DNA from: Ascidiella aspersa
Lineage: Eukaryota
Reading direction: 5' to 3'
Length of the DNA: 64,000 bases
NCBI GenBank assembly: GCA_963924565.1
Contig: OZ004611.1
Location: 27,342,001 to 27,406,000 of the forward strand
Position numbers and translations under genes: made by a program. The notes under the pieces were generated by a model. It was not told the origin of the DNA, searched no databases, and was given only the letters and a program-made list of their open reading frames with translations. Below are positions 1 through 12,600 of this stretch, in pieces (position 1 is the first letter of the stretch; every line of letters starts with the position of its first letter).

Positions 1-81
1 ATACGATAAAAATGGTTGAAACATACTTGGACGTCAAAGTAATATTAAAGATTAGATTTACCGAAGTATAGTTGACACACA

Positions 82-855
82 AAATATCTCCGTCTCTTCC
101 TCTTCCCACCTTTGCATTGAAATCTCCCATCACAATTATAATTTCACCGTGTTTGCATTTCTTTTTAACTAAATTCAGTTGTGTGTAGAACGTTCTAATC
201 TCATCGTCAGGGGCTTTTTCAGTAAGAGCATAAACCTGTATAATGTTGAGATTAGTCCTCTGACCTTTCAGTTTAAGAAGAATGATTCTATCGGATACAG
301 CCAAGCATCCCATAAAACTTTCAGCAGTTTTATTTCCGAGTATGAAACCAACGCCACGCTCATGCTTGCTTCCTCCAGACCATATGATTTTAAATCCTTA
401 GTAATTTCGCCTTGGTCTGTCCATCTCATTTCAGATATGCCAAGAATATCAATTTTTAACCTCTTCATCTCCAAAATCACATTTTCCACTTTTCCTTTCT
501 GGTGCATGGTTCGTACATTCCATGTTGCAATCCTTTTTAACTTTGATTGGTTTCGACGAGTAGCTGAATGACGATCGGGTATGACCTGACGAACATCATG
601 ATCCCTACCGAGCGAGATAACTGCTCCTGACTGGAGTTGGTTACCGTTAACGCTGTTATCGTTTAATTTTTTTCTATCAGTGTTCATTCATGTTGACTAG
701 GCAAAGAATTACAAGGATGGTTTGCCATTGCCTTTCCTTGCCGACCCCTGCATTTAGCCAGCCTAACTGTTTCCGTCCGACACCACGAGGAGGTATGCAG
801 TAGGACTTGGGAGTGTTTTCTACGAGAACAAACAACCCCCCATTTTTTGACGGAC
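82..855 (-). mobile_element. 5' portion of an RTE-clade non-LTR retrotransposon (5'UTR plus frameshifted APE endonuclease domain), truncated or interrupted near position 82
   Basis: Minus strand reads RIATWNVRTM..EMKRLKIDILGISEMRWT. After a frameshift near 390 it continues KIIWSGGSKHERGVGF..SDRIILLKL..NIIQVYA..IIVMGDFNAKVG, all typical RTE/Bov-B endonuclease motifs. The 5'UTR contains GGCAATGGCAAACCA..TTCTTTGCC, resembling the conserved RTE/Bov-B leader motif. Confidence 0.9.
748..855 (-). ncRNA. HDV-like self-cleaving ribozyme at the 5' end of the RTE element
   Basis: Nested double pseudoknot readable on the minus strand. P1 GUCCGUC(855-849)/GUCGGAC(781-775), 6 of 7 bp. P2 CUGCAU(800-795)/AUGCAG(753-748). 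P3 ACC/GGU with L3 UCCUCGU. P1.1 GG (774-773). P4 CAG-UUAGG-CUG. J4/2 GCUAA with the putative catalytic C at 757. Confidence 0.85.
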
Positions 856-1684
856 GCTATTACAAGCCGTAACAATTACATTTACTTTTAAAGGGGAAAA
901 AACGCACCTCAGTTATCACTCTTCATTCATTTATCAAAATACCAATCACAACGATTCAATGCCCGTAAAATGTTTAGAGAAAAAGTGATCAGGCAGCACA
1001 TTAAACGAGTTTTTGGACGGAGGTAAAGTGATTTTAGGCGCCGTATGTTTATTTACTGCAATTGCAATATCTATAACTAGAAGTTACAATAAATTTAAAA
1101 AGCGTTTATTTTAGGGATTTGTCACCAAAACTTTAAATACCAAAAAAGCACTGCTGTGTAAGAAGAGCATTCTTATCTGGGATTAAAAAAACTGAAAACT
1201 CTAAAAACTGATTTTCTGAGAATCTGTATACAATTTTCCAAATAACGCAAAACACTTTTTCCCAAATATGTTGGATAGTTTAACAAGACCCTGTTGCAGC
1301 AGACAATGAGAATTATTTCACCCACTGCTAAAAATGGCCGCGAAACGATTTACTAAATTTAAAAGGTTGGCAAACAAAAAACGTCTGTAAGTCCTAAACT
1401 ATACGCGATAGCGTATAATGCTTATTGAGTTCTAGGCCAGTCGGAATTGTTTGCTTAAATTTTATATTGGCGAAAGTCCACTTGCGTTTGGAAATCGTCA
1501 CGACACGATTGATCATTATTAATTTCCTCGAGTAATTTATCACTTGTGAGCGCAAGCAAACACAATGTCTTATTGGGTCGCAGGCAACTGACATGCGTTG
1601 CAGTGTGTTTGGTGTTGAAATTAGTCGACTGATACTAAATCTTGTGGATTATATTGGTATCGTTGGAACCTTCATGCCTTATAA

Positions 1685-2083
1685 CAGGGGTGGGCAAATA
1701 TATTCAATGGAAGAGCCATTTGCAGAAAATACAAAGAGCCTCAAAATTTTTCTCTATAAAAAAGTGGTAAATAATGCAAGGCCAGCCGCAATAATAACAG
1801 AATTGTAATATACCAAAACGGTACTAATCAACACAGTAATAACAGTAATAGTAAAATAACACGCACAATAGTTATTAATATCAGTCTTTTGTTAACTAAC
1901 TCTTCGGACTCTATGTCTAGTATTACGTCATAAACAAAATGCTGGCCTAAATAAAGAAAAGAAAAAAAGAGAAACGTTTATAAACGGTACTCTTAGTAAC
2001 CTTTTCAAGTTTTTTGAAATTTTACGATTCAACTAGAAGAGCCACAAAAAACATGCCGGAGAGCCGCAGTTTGCCAACCCCTG
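1685..2083. mobile_element. hAT (Buster/Charlie-type) MITE
   Basis: Termini CAGGGGTGGGCAAA / TTTGCCAACCCCTG; perfect 8-bp TSD CCTTATAA at 1677-1684 and 2084-2091. Confidence 0.88.
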
Positions 2084-2391
2084 CCTTATAACTACGGTTG
2101 TCCGATGCTTATCATTTTACTCCGATAAAGATAACCGATATTTTGGACAAAAATTATCGAGATCCTATTCGATACCAAATGACGTCATTACTATGCTACA
2201 ACAAGCAAAACAGATGCAATTAAAACGTTCAAAGTCAGGTTACTTGGTTACAATTGCTTACGCGTAAGAGATAGAATGCTGCAGCAATTCGTTTACGCAA
2301 AACGTTATTTTCAACCCGATGTAACTAATTATATACATTTTGTAATAAGTCAGGGGTGGCCAACGTATTACATAAGGGTGGTGGTGTAGAC

Positions 2392-2788
2392 CTGTGGTTC
2401 TCAACATGTTTAGCTTACGGACCGGTAAAATTTCAAAACCAATTTTGCGGACCGGTGGATCTTCAAAAATCAACCCAAAATGTAATTACAACAAAAGTAT
2501 GCAGCTAAAAGTCTTCGTAGCTTTTACATATAATTGGTCATAAATTTTAAGACTTAACCACTCTAAGACAGTTGGGCACAACACTTGTAGCATTGTGACG
2601 TATGATAAAGTCTAAAATAGACCCAACTCTATGTTATGTCACAATGCTGCAAATTACGGAACTGGCGAAGTTCTAAATTTGATAGACAAGCCTTCAACAT
2701 CTTGCATTTTGCAACTGAGATATAAAATTGTAATATATTGGGCGGACCGGCAGGAAAGTTGACGCGGACTGGCGGTTGAGAAGCACTG
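2392..2788. mobile_element. hAT MITE (a related partial inverted copy lies at ~41990-42405)
   Basis: Termini CTGTGGTTCTCAAC / GTTGAGAAGCACTG; perfect TSD GTGTAGAC at 2384-2391 and 2789-2796. Confidence 0.85.
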
Positions 2789-4304
2789 GTGTAGACAAAG
2801 CGTTAAACCTTCAAACAAAAACTATGGGTTCATTCACGAACTGCGATTGTAATTCTTATTAATGTTAAGCTTGTTAGGCATCATGTTATTACCCACTTAA
2901 CATGATGAGTCACTGGAAACAATAAAATTATTTTTCATGATAAATTTAAACCCGAATTTTGTTAAAGACATTCGTCGTATTAACTATTACTTTCGTAAAT
3001 TCTTTACTTCGTATGCCTCACAAATATTATTGCACAAAAAGAATAAAATAAATATTACTTGTTTGGTAAACTAAACAATGGTCTTATATCTACAAACAAC
3101 ATCCCTAGTCAGGATGAATTAAACGAATAATCTGTTAACTAAAAAAGGTCTCCATGGGTGTTATATGATAGCTGTGTATACTTTACGCATCGTATTGTCA
3201 TCGCAACGTCAATTATTCAGGAATAAAACTAGGGTGTTTTGCAATTTACACTCGATGGAGGAACAAGATTAACGCAAAGCGCAAGAAAATATTTGCTTTT
3301 TCGTAGTTTAAATAGCAAGAAAAATATGAGATATCGCTCGGTGCCCAGTTTGTAAAATAGATCGCGGGCCGGATGATTTGCGTTGGCGGGCCGGGTCTGG
3401 CCCGCGGGCCGTAAGTTGCCCACCCCTGCATTATATAATATGTGCCTCCAAGGAAATGATATAACAAGTTATCAAGGCTTGTTTTCCACATGAGTTAATC
3501 AGAACTGAGAAATGTGATTGCATATAACCAACAGGTACAATTTTGTTATTTGAAAAAGATTTCCATTGAAAGATTAAAATGATGCACCAGGGCGTCGCCA
3601 CGCCACAGTTTACAACATCTGGTCTAAACTATATATAGAAGAATATCTGTCGTGTATTGTGTTGGTAGAAGAAATAAAATTATGACAGTGTAATGAATTT
3701 GAGTTAACAAAAAGACCGGTTTCATTTTTTGGTATGGGCCTGGATTCACAAAGAAGGCTTATGAAATATGAAACTAATTACGCCTGAATGCTGTTGAGAG
3801 CGCCCTATTGTCCCAAACAAGACCCATGTTGTTCGCAAAAAGATCACGCAGCTAATCACAAGTTTTTTTGGCGATCCCTGGTAATGGTGTATTTCTATTA
3901 GCACTTTGTAAAGCTTTGTTAGAACTAAGTAGGCGAATTGGAAATACTAAGTTAAACTTTGGGATGCTGTTATAAATCTGCGCAAATTGGAAACTTCTCT
4001 CTCACAGGAGAAAAGTCTCGAACAAAACAACGCATCTCGTTAGTTTTATTGGTGTATTTAGCGGCTTTTCAGCAGTAAAACTTCGGGGTGGCTTGTTGTC
4101 AGTGCGTACGATCTCCTAATTGTTACGTCATCAGTGACGTATAGCGGTTTTCGCGACGTGTCCGAAAAAATACCTGATTTGCTTGTTGGCATTGATGTCA
4201 CTTTCTGTTAGGTGCGAAAAACAAATATTTTCCACAAAACTATAAGTGTATGTAGTAAAAGTAAGTAACACATACAGTTTTCTCGACACTTATTTAATAA
4301 AAAA

Positions 4305-4770
4305 AAACGTTTGTAAATATTAAAACCTTTTTAAATAAAATTAAGTCAAAGATTGAAGGCAGAATATAACCTTTGAGTGCGGGCATTTTCAAAATCCACG
4401 AGTAATTGAGCAAACAGAATTTGTATATATTACACTTTAACTCGTTTCCACTTAGTTTGGAAGTGTTAAAAAAATTAGCCTGGCGAAATAAGTTTAAACA
4501 TATTTTGAGTTACAGGGCGGCGCATTTTGTTTGATCACAAAACGTTAGTAAATATAAAACATTTCTTAACATAAATAAGTCAAAGATTTAGGGCGGAATA
4601 TAACCTTTGAGTGCGGGCATTTTCAAAATCCAAGATTAAATCATCAAATAGAATTTGTATATTTGTCTTTTAACTCATTTCCACTTAGTTCAAAGGGGTT
4701 AAAAAAATTAGCCGGGCATAATAGTTTAAATATATTTTGAGTTACGAAGCGTCGAATGTTATTTGATCAG
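4305..4770. repeat. Two-copy tandem duplication, unit about 236 bp
   Basis: Blocks such as GAATATAACCTTTGAGTGCGGGCATTTTCAAAATCCA and TATTTTGAGTTAC recur about 236 bp apart. Confidence 0.85.
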
Positions 4771-7171
4771 CAATAATAACACCGGTCTTGATGACGAATT
4801 CGCTAAAACCGTGACGTCGATTCGAAGACCACCTTCGAGATTCCAGGCGTTATTTGCTTTGCAAACAACAAAAACTTTCAGGAACATAAAAAAGCTCGTT
4901 ATGTAAGATTGGATTTTTGCACGTCACAATATTGCACTACTGTCATCTAACCAAACACTGACCAAAGCCCGAAAGATTTTCGCCGGGATAAAGTCTGTTA
5001 CTCATGGGTGATCAATCGAAGTTGGGCCTATTGTCAGCAAACGTTTATACAATTACTGTTTTAGGTTTTGCCCAAAGGTTGTTTCCCAATGTAAGGGCAA
5101 CAACCTTTTCGCATCGGTGATGTAAACAAGTCATTTTGAAATGAAAGTCCAAGTCAAGTTTTTTAAAGACGAAGTCCCAATCCAAGTTATCAATTGCCAG
5201 TTTACAGCAAGTCAGCATGAAAACAAAACATTAAACCATTAAAATTGATGAACTATCGGTGTATGGGCAGGATTTCAAATAAAAAATCAATAAAATGCAA
5301 TATATAGCAAACAATGTTTTTTACATGCAAAAAAATAGATAACAATTAACGTGCTTTTTTTAAATATAAATAAAACACTTAATTTCCACGCAAGGTAATT
5401 GAAACAATTACTCAAATCTAAGGCTAAATAACTATAAGGCCAACGATAGCGGACAACAAAATGTTATAACTTGATTATCGGTAAACGAGCTTTCGGAAGT
5501 TGTCGTTACTTTTAAATTTCTTTAAAATTTAGTTCGGAATTGCATTCGTCAACATTTTAACTGTATTTTGTAATTATTGAATCAAAATTGACCGGCAGAT
5601 TTAACCACTCGGGCTGTAGTTTGAACATCCCTGAACTACAAACATACTCGCTACAGCACCAGGCGAAATTACACGTTCAGGCCATAAAGTTCAAAGAGAC
5701 AAATCCCAGTCATATTACACCTTTATTAAAACCCTTTTATTTCAACTCCACATACGACGGGAAAGTTAATCGCGTAATACGTGAAAACTAGAGTGACACG
5801 CGTACCACCTGTTAAGAACCACTGGTCTTAAAGGAAACCATGATGACTGTAAGTTTTTCCCCTTTCACTATAGTTTTCCGTCTTGCGCGCGCGTAAGGCG
5901 CGACGCATCACACAATCATTTAATTAGGCTCGCCTTCCGTGGTAGTGCACGCCTAATTAGGCGCGGTAGTGCACGCCCACGTTAAGAATGTAATTAGCTT
6001 CTAGCCTTTGGGGTCAATTTAGTTCCTACATAAAGCTCTTGATTTTAGGTGCATGGTGCAGTCGACACCAGCATCAATACGAAGACACTCTACACGCCAG
6101 ACATCAAACTTTGGTATGTTTTTTCGCAACCTTTTTTTGTTTGTATATGAAGTATTGTGCGCTAAACATTTCATTTTTCGTCTTACAGAAAACCTGCGCC
6201 ATTTCTGGAGTGTATTTGCTTTTTACCGTGCGAAAATTTTATGTTCGCTACCGTCCTTTAATACGCAAGCAATAAGAGAAAAGAGTGTTTTACAAAGCTT
6301 GGTTTCTACAATGACTTTCAACCTTAGCAGCCGATAATGCTCTCTGTATTTCTGTTTTAATTCTTTGGTAAAAAATAAGATTTACGTTTGGATTCCCTTT
6401 GCAACATTAGCAGTAAAAATGCAATGTAAGCATTACTTATTTTTAGTTTTTTGCGTAACTCCTAAAATTTTCGCGTAATACATGAACTACACGTGTACCA
6501 TCGGTTGTGAACCACTGCTGTAGACAATTCTTCCTGTATTTTTATTTGAATCGTTGGTGAAGAAAAATATTTAATTTCAGATTTTCCTTGCGACATTAGC
6601 AGTTTGATTGCGTTCGCCCTTACTTATTTCTACAAGATATCGTTCGCAATGCTACCAAGTCATGAGCACGTCTGTGTTGCAGCGGGCCCATTTTTGACAG
6701 GCTGAACCCTTAGAAATAGAAGCTTTTACCAATTTGAAAATTAAGTGAAAAACCCAGTTAAAAAATTATTTTCAGCAATATTGTTTTTTGTAACCACTAT
6801 ATAGTACCACATACCGCAGTATCGGCATTAGAGTATACACATTAACGACGACAAAACAAACTTTATGTAAGTCCAAGCAAGGGTTTATCAGCACGCTTTA
6901 GTCTTTAAGGATTAGGAAAAAAAATTGGATCTTAAAATCCGTCTCTCCGGCATTGGCCGTCTAGCTCAAACTCTGTGCTCATTTCGCTCGCAACCAACAA
7001 TGTTTGTCATTAACAAACGTTGACGCGCAACCTTGGATTCTGGACGGACGCTGTAGCACACACAAACACGCGCGATCACATTCGGCGAGCAAAGTTGGTT
7101 ATTTATTCGCTTTTATGTCGCTTTGCGCAAAAAGCGAGCTCCGCACGCTTCGCTTCAACTTTGCGTTAGCT

Positions 7172-7453
7172 CAGAGGTTCTTAAACTGGGGTCCATGAAC
7201 TAGTTTTAGGAAGTTCATGAAGGCCTAATAAGTTTTCAAATAAAATAGTTTAATTAAAAATTAAACGTTTTGCACTGAATGTATTTAGACTGCATTTCAC
7301 TTTCACATTATTTGGACCGGAAACGACAGATTTTTGTCTATTTATATTGTGACGTAAATTTATGACGTCATTTTTAAAAATTTCTTGCCGACACTTGTCC
7401 GTGCAAACTAATTTTTTATATAGGTCAGCGGTAAAAAAGTTTAAGAACCCCTG
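7172..7453. mobile_element. hAT MITE, CAGGGGTTCTTAAAC family
   Basis: Termini CAGAGGTTCTTAAAC / GTTTAAGAACCCCTG; degenerate TSD CGTTAGCT/TGTTAACT; interior similar to the copies at 41028, 54926 and 61020. Confidence 0.8.
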
Positions 7454-9626
7454 TGTTAACTGATCTTAACCATTAACGCAGCCCTCTTAAATCTGCCCAT
7501 GCTAAATAGATTGGTCTAACACTTGTTAACATTTTGAACAAAATTTCATGCTTATATGTTCAATCAGAGCCGATAACAACTTGCGACACCGTTTCATTAC
7601 AAAGACAGTTCAAAGTTTCGTCCTAGAATGATAATCAGAAATTATTACACGAAATCGAAATCATGTAACTTTGTAAAGAACAAGAAACAACACTTTGGGT
7701 TTTTGTAGGACCTTTTATACAATGTTTATATGCGGTTTTGTCTTTGGTAAATTAAATTGGCATGATGATATTGCTCTAGAAATAAAACCAGATTTGCATA
7801 AAAAACGGAAATTGTTTTTGGTGAAAAACATTATGGACACGCTCGAATATATTTGACACCTAAAATTCAACAATAGGGTTTTAATTTAGTCTTTAGGTGA
7901 GATAGGTAAGTTGCTATAGTACGGTTCGTAAAGTGAGAAATTCTTTCCGAAAAGGCAATAAAAACGCCCTAAATTCCAATGGAATACTAATTGAAAAAAT
8001 GACCAAAAGACGTTGCGCAATTTACTGGCATGTCACAAGATGATAAATAACGACCCGGCGTTTCTTTCAGTGGCGAAATTAAACTTTTTTTATTGCGGAT
8101 TCCGGACGCACTGTGCCCGACGTAATGGCGATCATTTACAGCCGATGCCGGTTCGAATTGACGTAGGCGGCAAGTTCATAGGTTCAATATGCAACACAGC
8201 AAAGGGACGTAAGATGTGCGACGTATCACATATTGCGTGTCCAGGGCTCGGAATTTCAAAAGAAAAAACAAGGAGACGCGTACAGTAAACACGAGGCGGC
8301 AACGTGACCCCGACCCCATCATAAGTTTACCGCCGCTGTTCGGCCCGTCAGGCGAGCGCTGCGTGCTTAGCGATTTACAACAGGCGTAACCCAACATCAT
8401 CGGCCTTTTTTGTCGGCGTGCTACCTTAAGCTTGGATGCGGCGTTTGGAATATTTTTTTTTCGGCAAACATTGATTCGCCAATAAATAACTGGACCGTAT
8501 GGCCCACGCGTTATTACGAGCTTACAATGATTTGACGACTGGTGATGCTTAAGTGCGCTAAGCACTGCAAAAACGCGAGACTGCACAGAAAAATGCGGTT
8601 TGAATTCAGCCTTAATCGCGATTTAAAGTAACAAAAATAGGTCAAAATGTAGCAGAACGCTACTGATAAGTTCAACGCTACGTAATACACCTAAAAGGCA
8701 TGTTTTTGAAGTGCTTCTGAAGGCTTGGTAATGTTTGGCGTTTCAGTCTTTTTGTTATTTACGCCTGCATGATTTAACTGTTATAGCTGAACTATTTTCT
8801 TACGAAAGTTCGCAGTTGAACCGCAGTTTACATAGAGGAGACAAGCGCTATAAAGTCTAAAAATAGACGCGAAAACATTAGAGCTATAGGTCAGTAACTT
8901 TCTCTCCAATAGCAGGCCTAACTTTGACTTTTCTGGAAAATATTTACACCTAAGCCTAAATTGACTTTAAAGTGACTAAGGCCTCGTAAAAACGCGTCGG
9001 AATTGTTATAGTAAAAGCGGTTTGTGGCATTTATCACGTTTGATACGAGTTGTATGTTGAATTTTGGTTGCTAGAGCCAGCCTGTTATTTGTTTTATAGC
9101 CCCTGTGACAGGGCAAAATCGGCTTGTCATAAATAAGCTCGAAAACACGTACAGCTACAAAATATATAATATCCATATTTTGAGGAAATCCCCAGAAATC
9201 CTCGTAAAACAAATGTCCGGTTTTACGAATTTAGAAAATACAATTTAGTCTTATGGAACAAACCATTTACCATTGTATTATGTTGATTGCCCCTTTTTGG
9301 TGTTTACTAATATAATTTATCTTTACCCTGGCTAGGCCAAAAAATCGAGCTTCCAGGTATCTTTCTTTACCGCTACTCTGCGACCTTTTGTAATGTTTAA
9401 AATTTAAACAAACATGCTTTCAGTGCAGATAGTAAACGGCAATAAACCCATTGACTACATAAGTATAATAACTCAAAGATGGGAAGTAGCCTACAACCAC
9501 CTATATTTAAATTGCCGGTCATATTTTCCCTAACAGTTCGCATCTTTTTTGTCTTTTGCAAAGGTTTTGTAATTCATCTGGAATTCTGTGCGTTTTCTGG
9601 GACCCACCGCAGAGCAACGTGACAAA

Positions 9627-12600
9627 ATGAAGGGCTTGTTCAAACGGAAAACCGGCTCTTTCAGCGCGAATATGACGTCGGGCGACGTGGCGTTGGACAA
9701 CAAGAGTCCGGTGGCAATAAGAAAAACGCGGCCACTAACACTTGAGCTGCCTTCGATTGCACAATCGGAAAGCAGCCCGGATTTGTACGGAGCCACAGTC
9801 AGACGCTCGAACGCCGCTTCAAGGTGGGTAGAGAAAAAATGGCGGTTGGAATTGTAGAGTTGAGATTCTTGACCGGGGTTCCGCGAGGTATTTTAAATGG
9901 TTAGGGAAAGTTTCCGTATAAGCAGCTTGATTGATTAAGATGTTGTATTCAAATAGCGTTTGTCCTTTATTGGCGTGCAGGCTTGGAACTTTGCTTTTTA
10001 TGATTATTTTCAATACTATATAAATCAATAAGTTCGTCAAGAGACATAATAAACCGAAATTTTAGATACATGCCGTTTTAAAGGGCCCCAGAAGGGGTAC
10101 AACAGGACCAAAGTTTGACAACCACTGCTGTGTCGAGCTGTGGTTGTTGGTAGCAATACTAGTGCCAAAGTTAACACAAAAATCTTTAGACAACTGTTAA
10201 CGAGCACTGACTGGTAATAAAAAAAATGTACAGGTGTAAGCGTATTCAGTATTCAGCAATTTTTATAAATGCGTTGAACATTATTTACCGCAACAAAAGT
10301 CAGTTAAAAACAATCTTGTTAAATAAAATCAACTTAGCGACATTTTATACATCGATCACACTAAAACAAAATTTTACGATCGCTTATTTCAATTAGGGCA
10401 TTTTCCCGGTAATGAAATCGTGATTAGTTTAACCGCGTCTTAACATATGTTTCGCTTTCAGTGTGTAAATGTATGTTAGCTTACATTTCGCCAACACACC
10501 TTAGAAAAACTGAACATTGGTAGATTTACCTTAACCGACTGCTGTTTGCACACCAGTATAACGACCAGTTGTGAGTGGTTGATTATTATTAGGCCTATAT
10601 TGACTTAAGTTGACACAGAGACAGCAGAACTAGTAAGCGTGCCTCAGGAAAAACCCAAACGTGTATATTTTGCGCTTGCAGGAGCGTTATTAGTGCATAC
10701 ACGCAGTGTTTGGTATAATATTATTAATAGCAAAAATCCTTTGTATATGGAAATTTATCAAATTTAGTAGTGAGTTATGTAGCGGATTTTAATGTAGCTG
10801 GCAAGTTATATAAAAACTTTTTGCTTGTAAATAACGAATTGCTGTATTGCCAGCGGTTGTGCAAGTGCAGGTCCAGTACTTCGAACTTGTGATTTCTTTT
10901 CGCATATTTTTGTGATACTTTAAACGCCTTGGTATTTCCATATTATTTTTAAAAGTATTTTTTTAACTAGGCTTTTCCACACTGAAAATCCTAATATTTT
11001 TTGTTCTTATTTATACGTTACTGAACGTAACAGTTTCAGAATTCAACCTTTTAATTAAAAAAACACCCCATATTGTTAATAACCCTAAAATCGTCTGTCT
11101 TGTGTTAGTTCGTCAGTCAGTTTTATTGAGAATATTTAATCCAACCGGGATTTCGGATTAATTCACTATACATTAATATCTAGTTTTAATAATGTTAAAC
11201 TTGTTGTGCGAGTTTGCCACCGCTTTTTATCTTTAGGTGTACTAATTATAAAACACAGGTTTAAAAGTTTTAACTTTCAGCAAAATGAAAGACTACAGTC
11301 GCCTATAGTCGTATAGGAGTATTCTCTAGCCCAAATTGATTTCTTTATATTTAGACAAATATTTAGGAAGTTATCTGTTGCTTACCTCGAACCAATTGAC
11401 AACAAGTCAAAAACAACCCCTCTTAACCTCATTCCAGCAAGAGCAACCCACCTTCACCCGTTCGCACGCCTCCCAGCATGCGAAAGTTCCGCAAGACGGC
11501 CAGCCTCGAGCATTCGCTGCACGTGACGCGCTTCACGTCCTTCAGCTCGGCGCCTAAAGGCCAAATAAAGCAGCTGGACACAATCCCGGACCACTGCGAC
11601 TCGATGGCTTCACTTTCGACTGCCGACGACGAGCTGTACGGTTCCAGCTGCTCACTACAGTCGTTCAACGACGAAGAGGAGGGAGAGCAGAGCCCGCTCT
11701 CGGTCTCTATGACGTCACTTAACTTTGCATCTTTCAAAGAGGAGGACGAGAGAGCGCCACGAGTGACCGGCGACAAGGATTCGGGCGAGGTAAGGTGTGA
11801 TTGGCTGGCTGTTTTTGCACGGCGGCGTTTAATTGGTTGTTTACGTGGCGCGCATTTTTTAATTAGGAATTAAATCATGGTGTCTCGTAAGTAGGCTAGG
11901 CTAATGTTTACCAGCACACTGAAATGAAATGTATAAGGTGTAGCTGAAGTTTAGCTAAATTATTTTATATACGTTGACTTTAATTATAAAAAGATCTTAC
12001 GCCATTAATTCAAACCAATCACTCGAAATCAAAATATCGAAATCAGGGGTTTTGCCACTAAGCCATTGGTTCAGAATTTTTTTTACAATCGCTGCACCGA
12101 GAAAAAAAACGCCGTACACTAGTCAAAGAAATGCAATTATACCTTGACAAACCACCAACTAAACTCCAAGTTATAAATAAATACCACAGTATTTCCGAAA
12201 TAGATAACGCACATTCAAGACTGGCATGTTTACAAAGAGGTTGTTTTCCAAACGGTTTTGCGGTATACCTCACAAACGTTTGAGGCAAATCTTAAAGAAC
12301 CTCCGCGCTCAACACGCTAAGAACCTTCTAATAAACTTTGTATTTGGCGTAACACTGAATAACCAAACTGGTTTCAAAGTTTCACGCGGCCTTCGTGCTT
12401 CTTTAAAGATGGACCACGATTCTTGCGAAAGAGAAGATCAGAAAACTGGCGGCGGGAAAAAGAAGAAGGGAATCTTCAACATCTTTCACAAGAGGCGAGT
12501 GTCGGAAGATCACGGGAAGAAAGATCAGGAAGTGGCCAACATAAGCAGGAGAAGCAATCGATCACAAAGTCTGACGCCTGAAAACAATAGAGAAGTCATG

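Noticed and set aside
179-571. 130-aa plus-strand ORF
   Set aside because: Antisense shadow of the RTE endonuclease region.
8013-8586. Overlapping 91-aa and 136-aa ORFs in a CpG-richer block upstream of the kinase
   Set aside because: No recognisable motifs or consistent splice structure; more likely promoter/5'UTR or repeat sequence.
11429-11776. 115-aa minus ORF (likewise 9530-9796, 17905-18162, 18523-18825, 20800-21093)
   Set aside because: Antisense to kinase exons.
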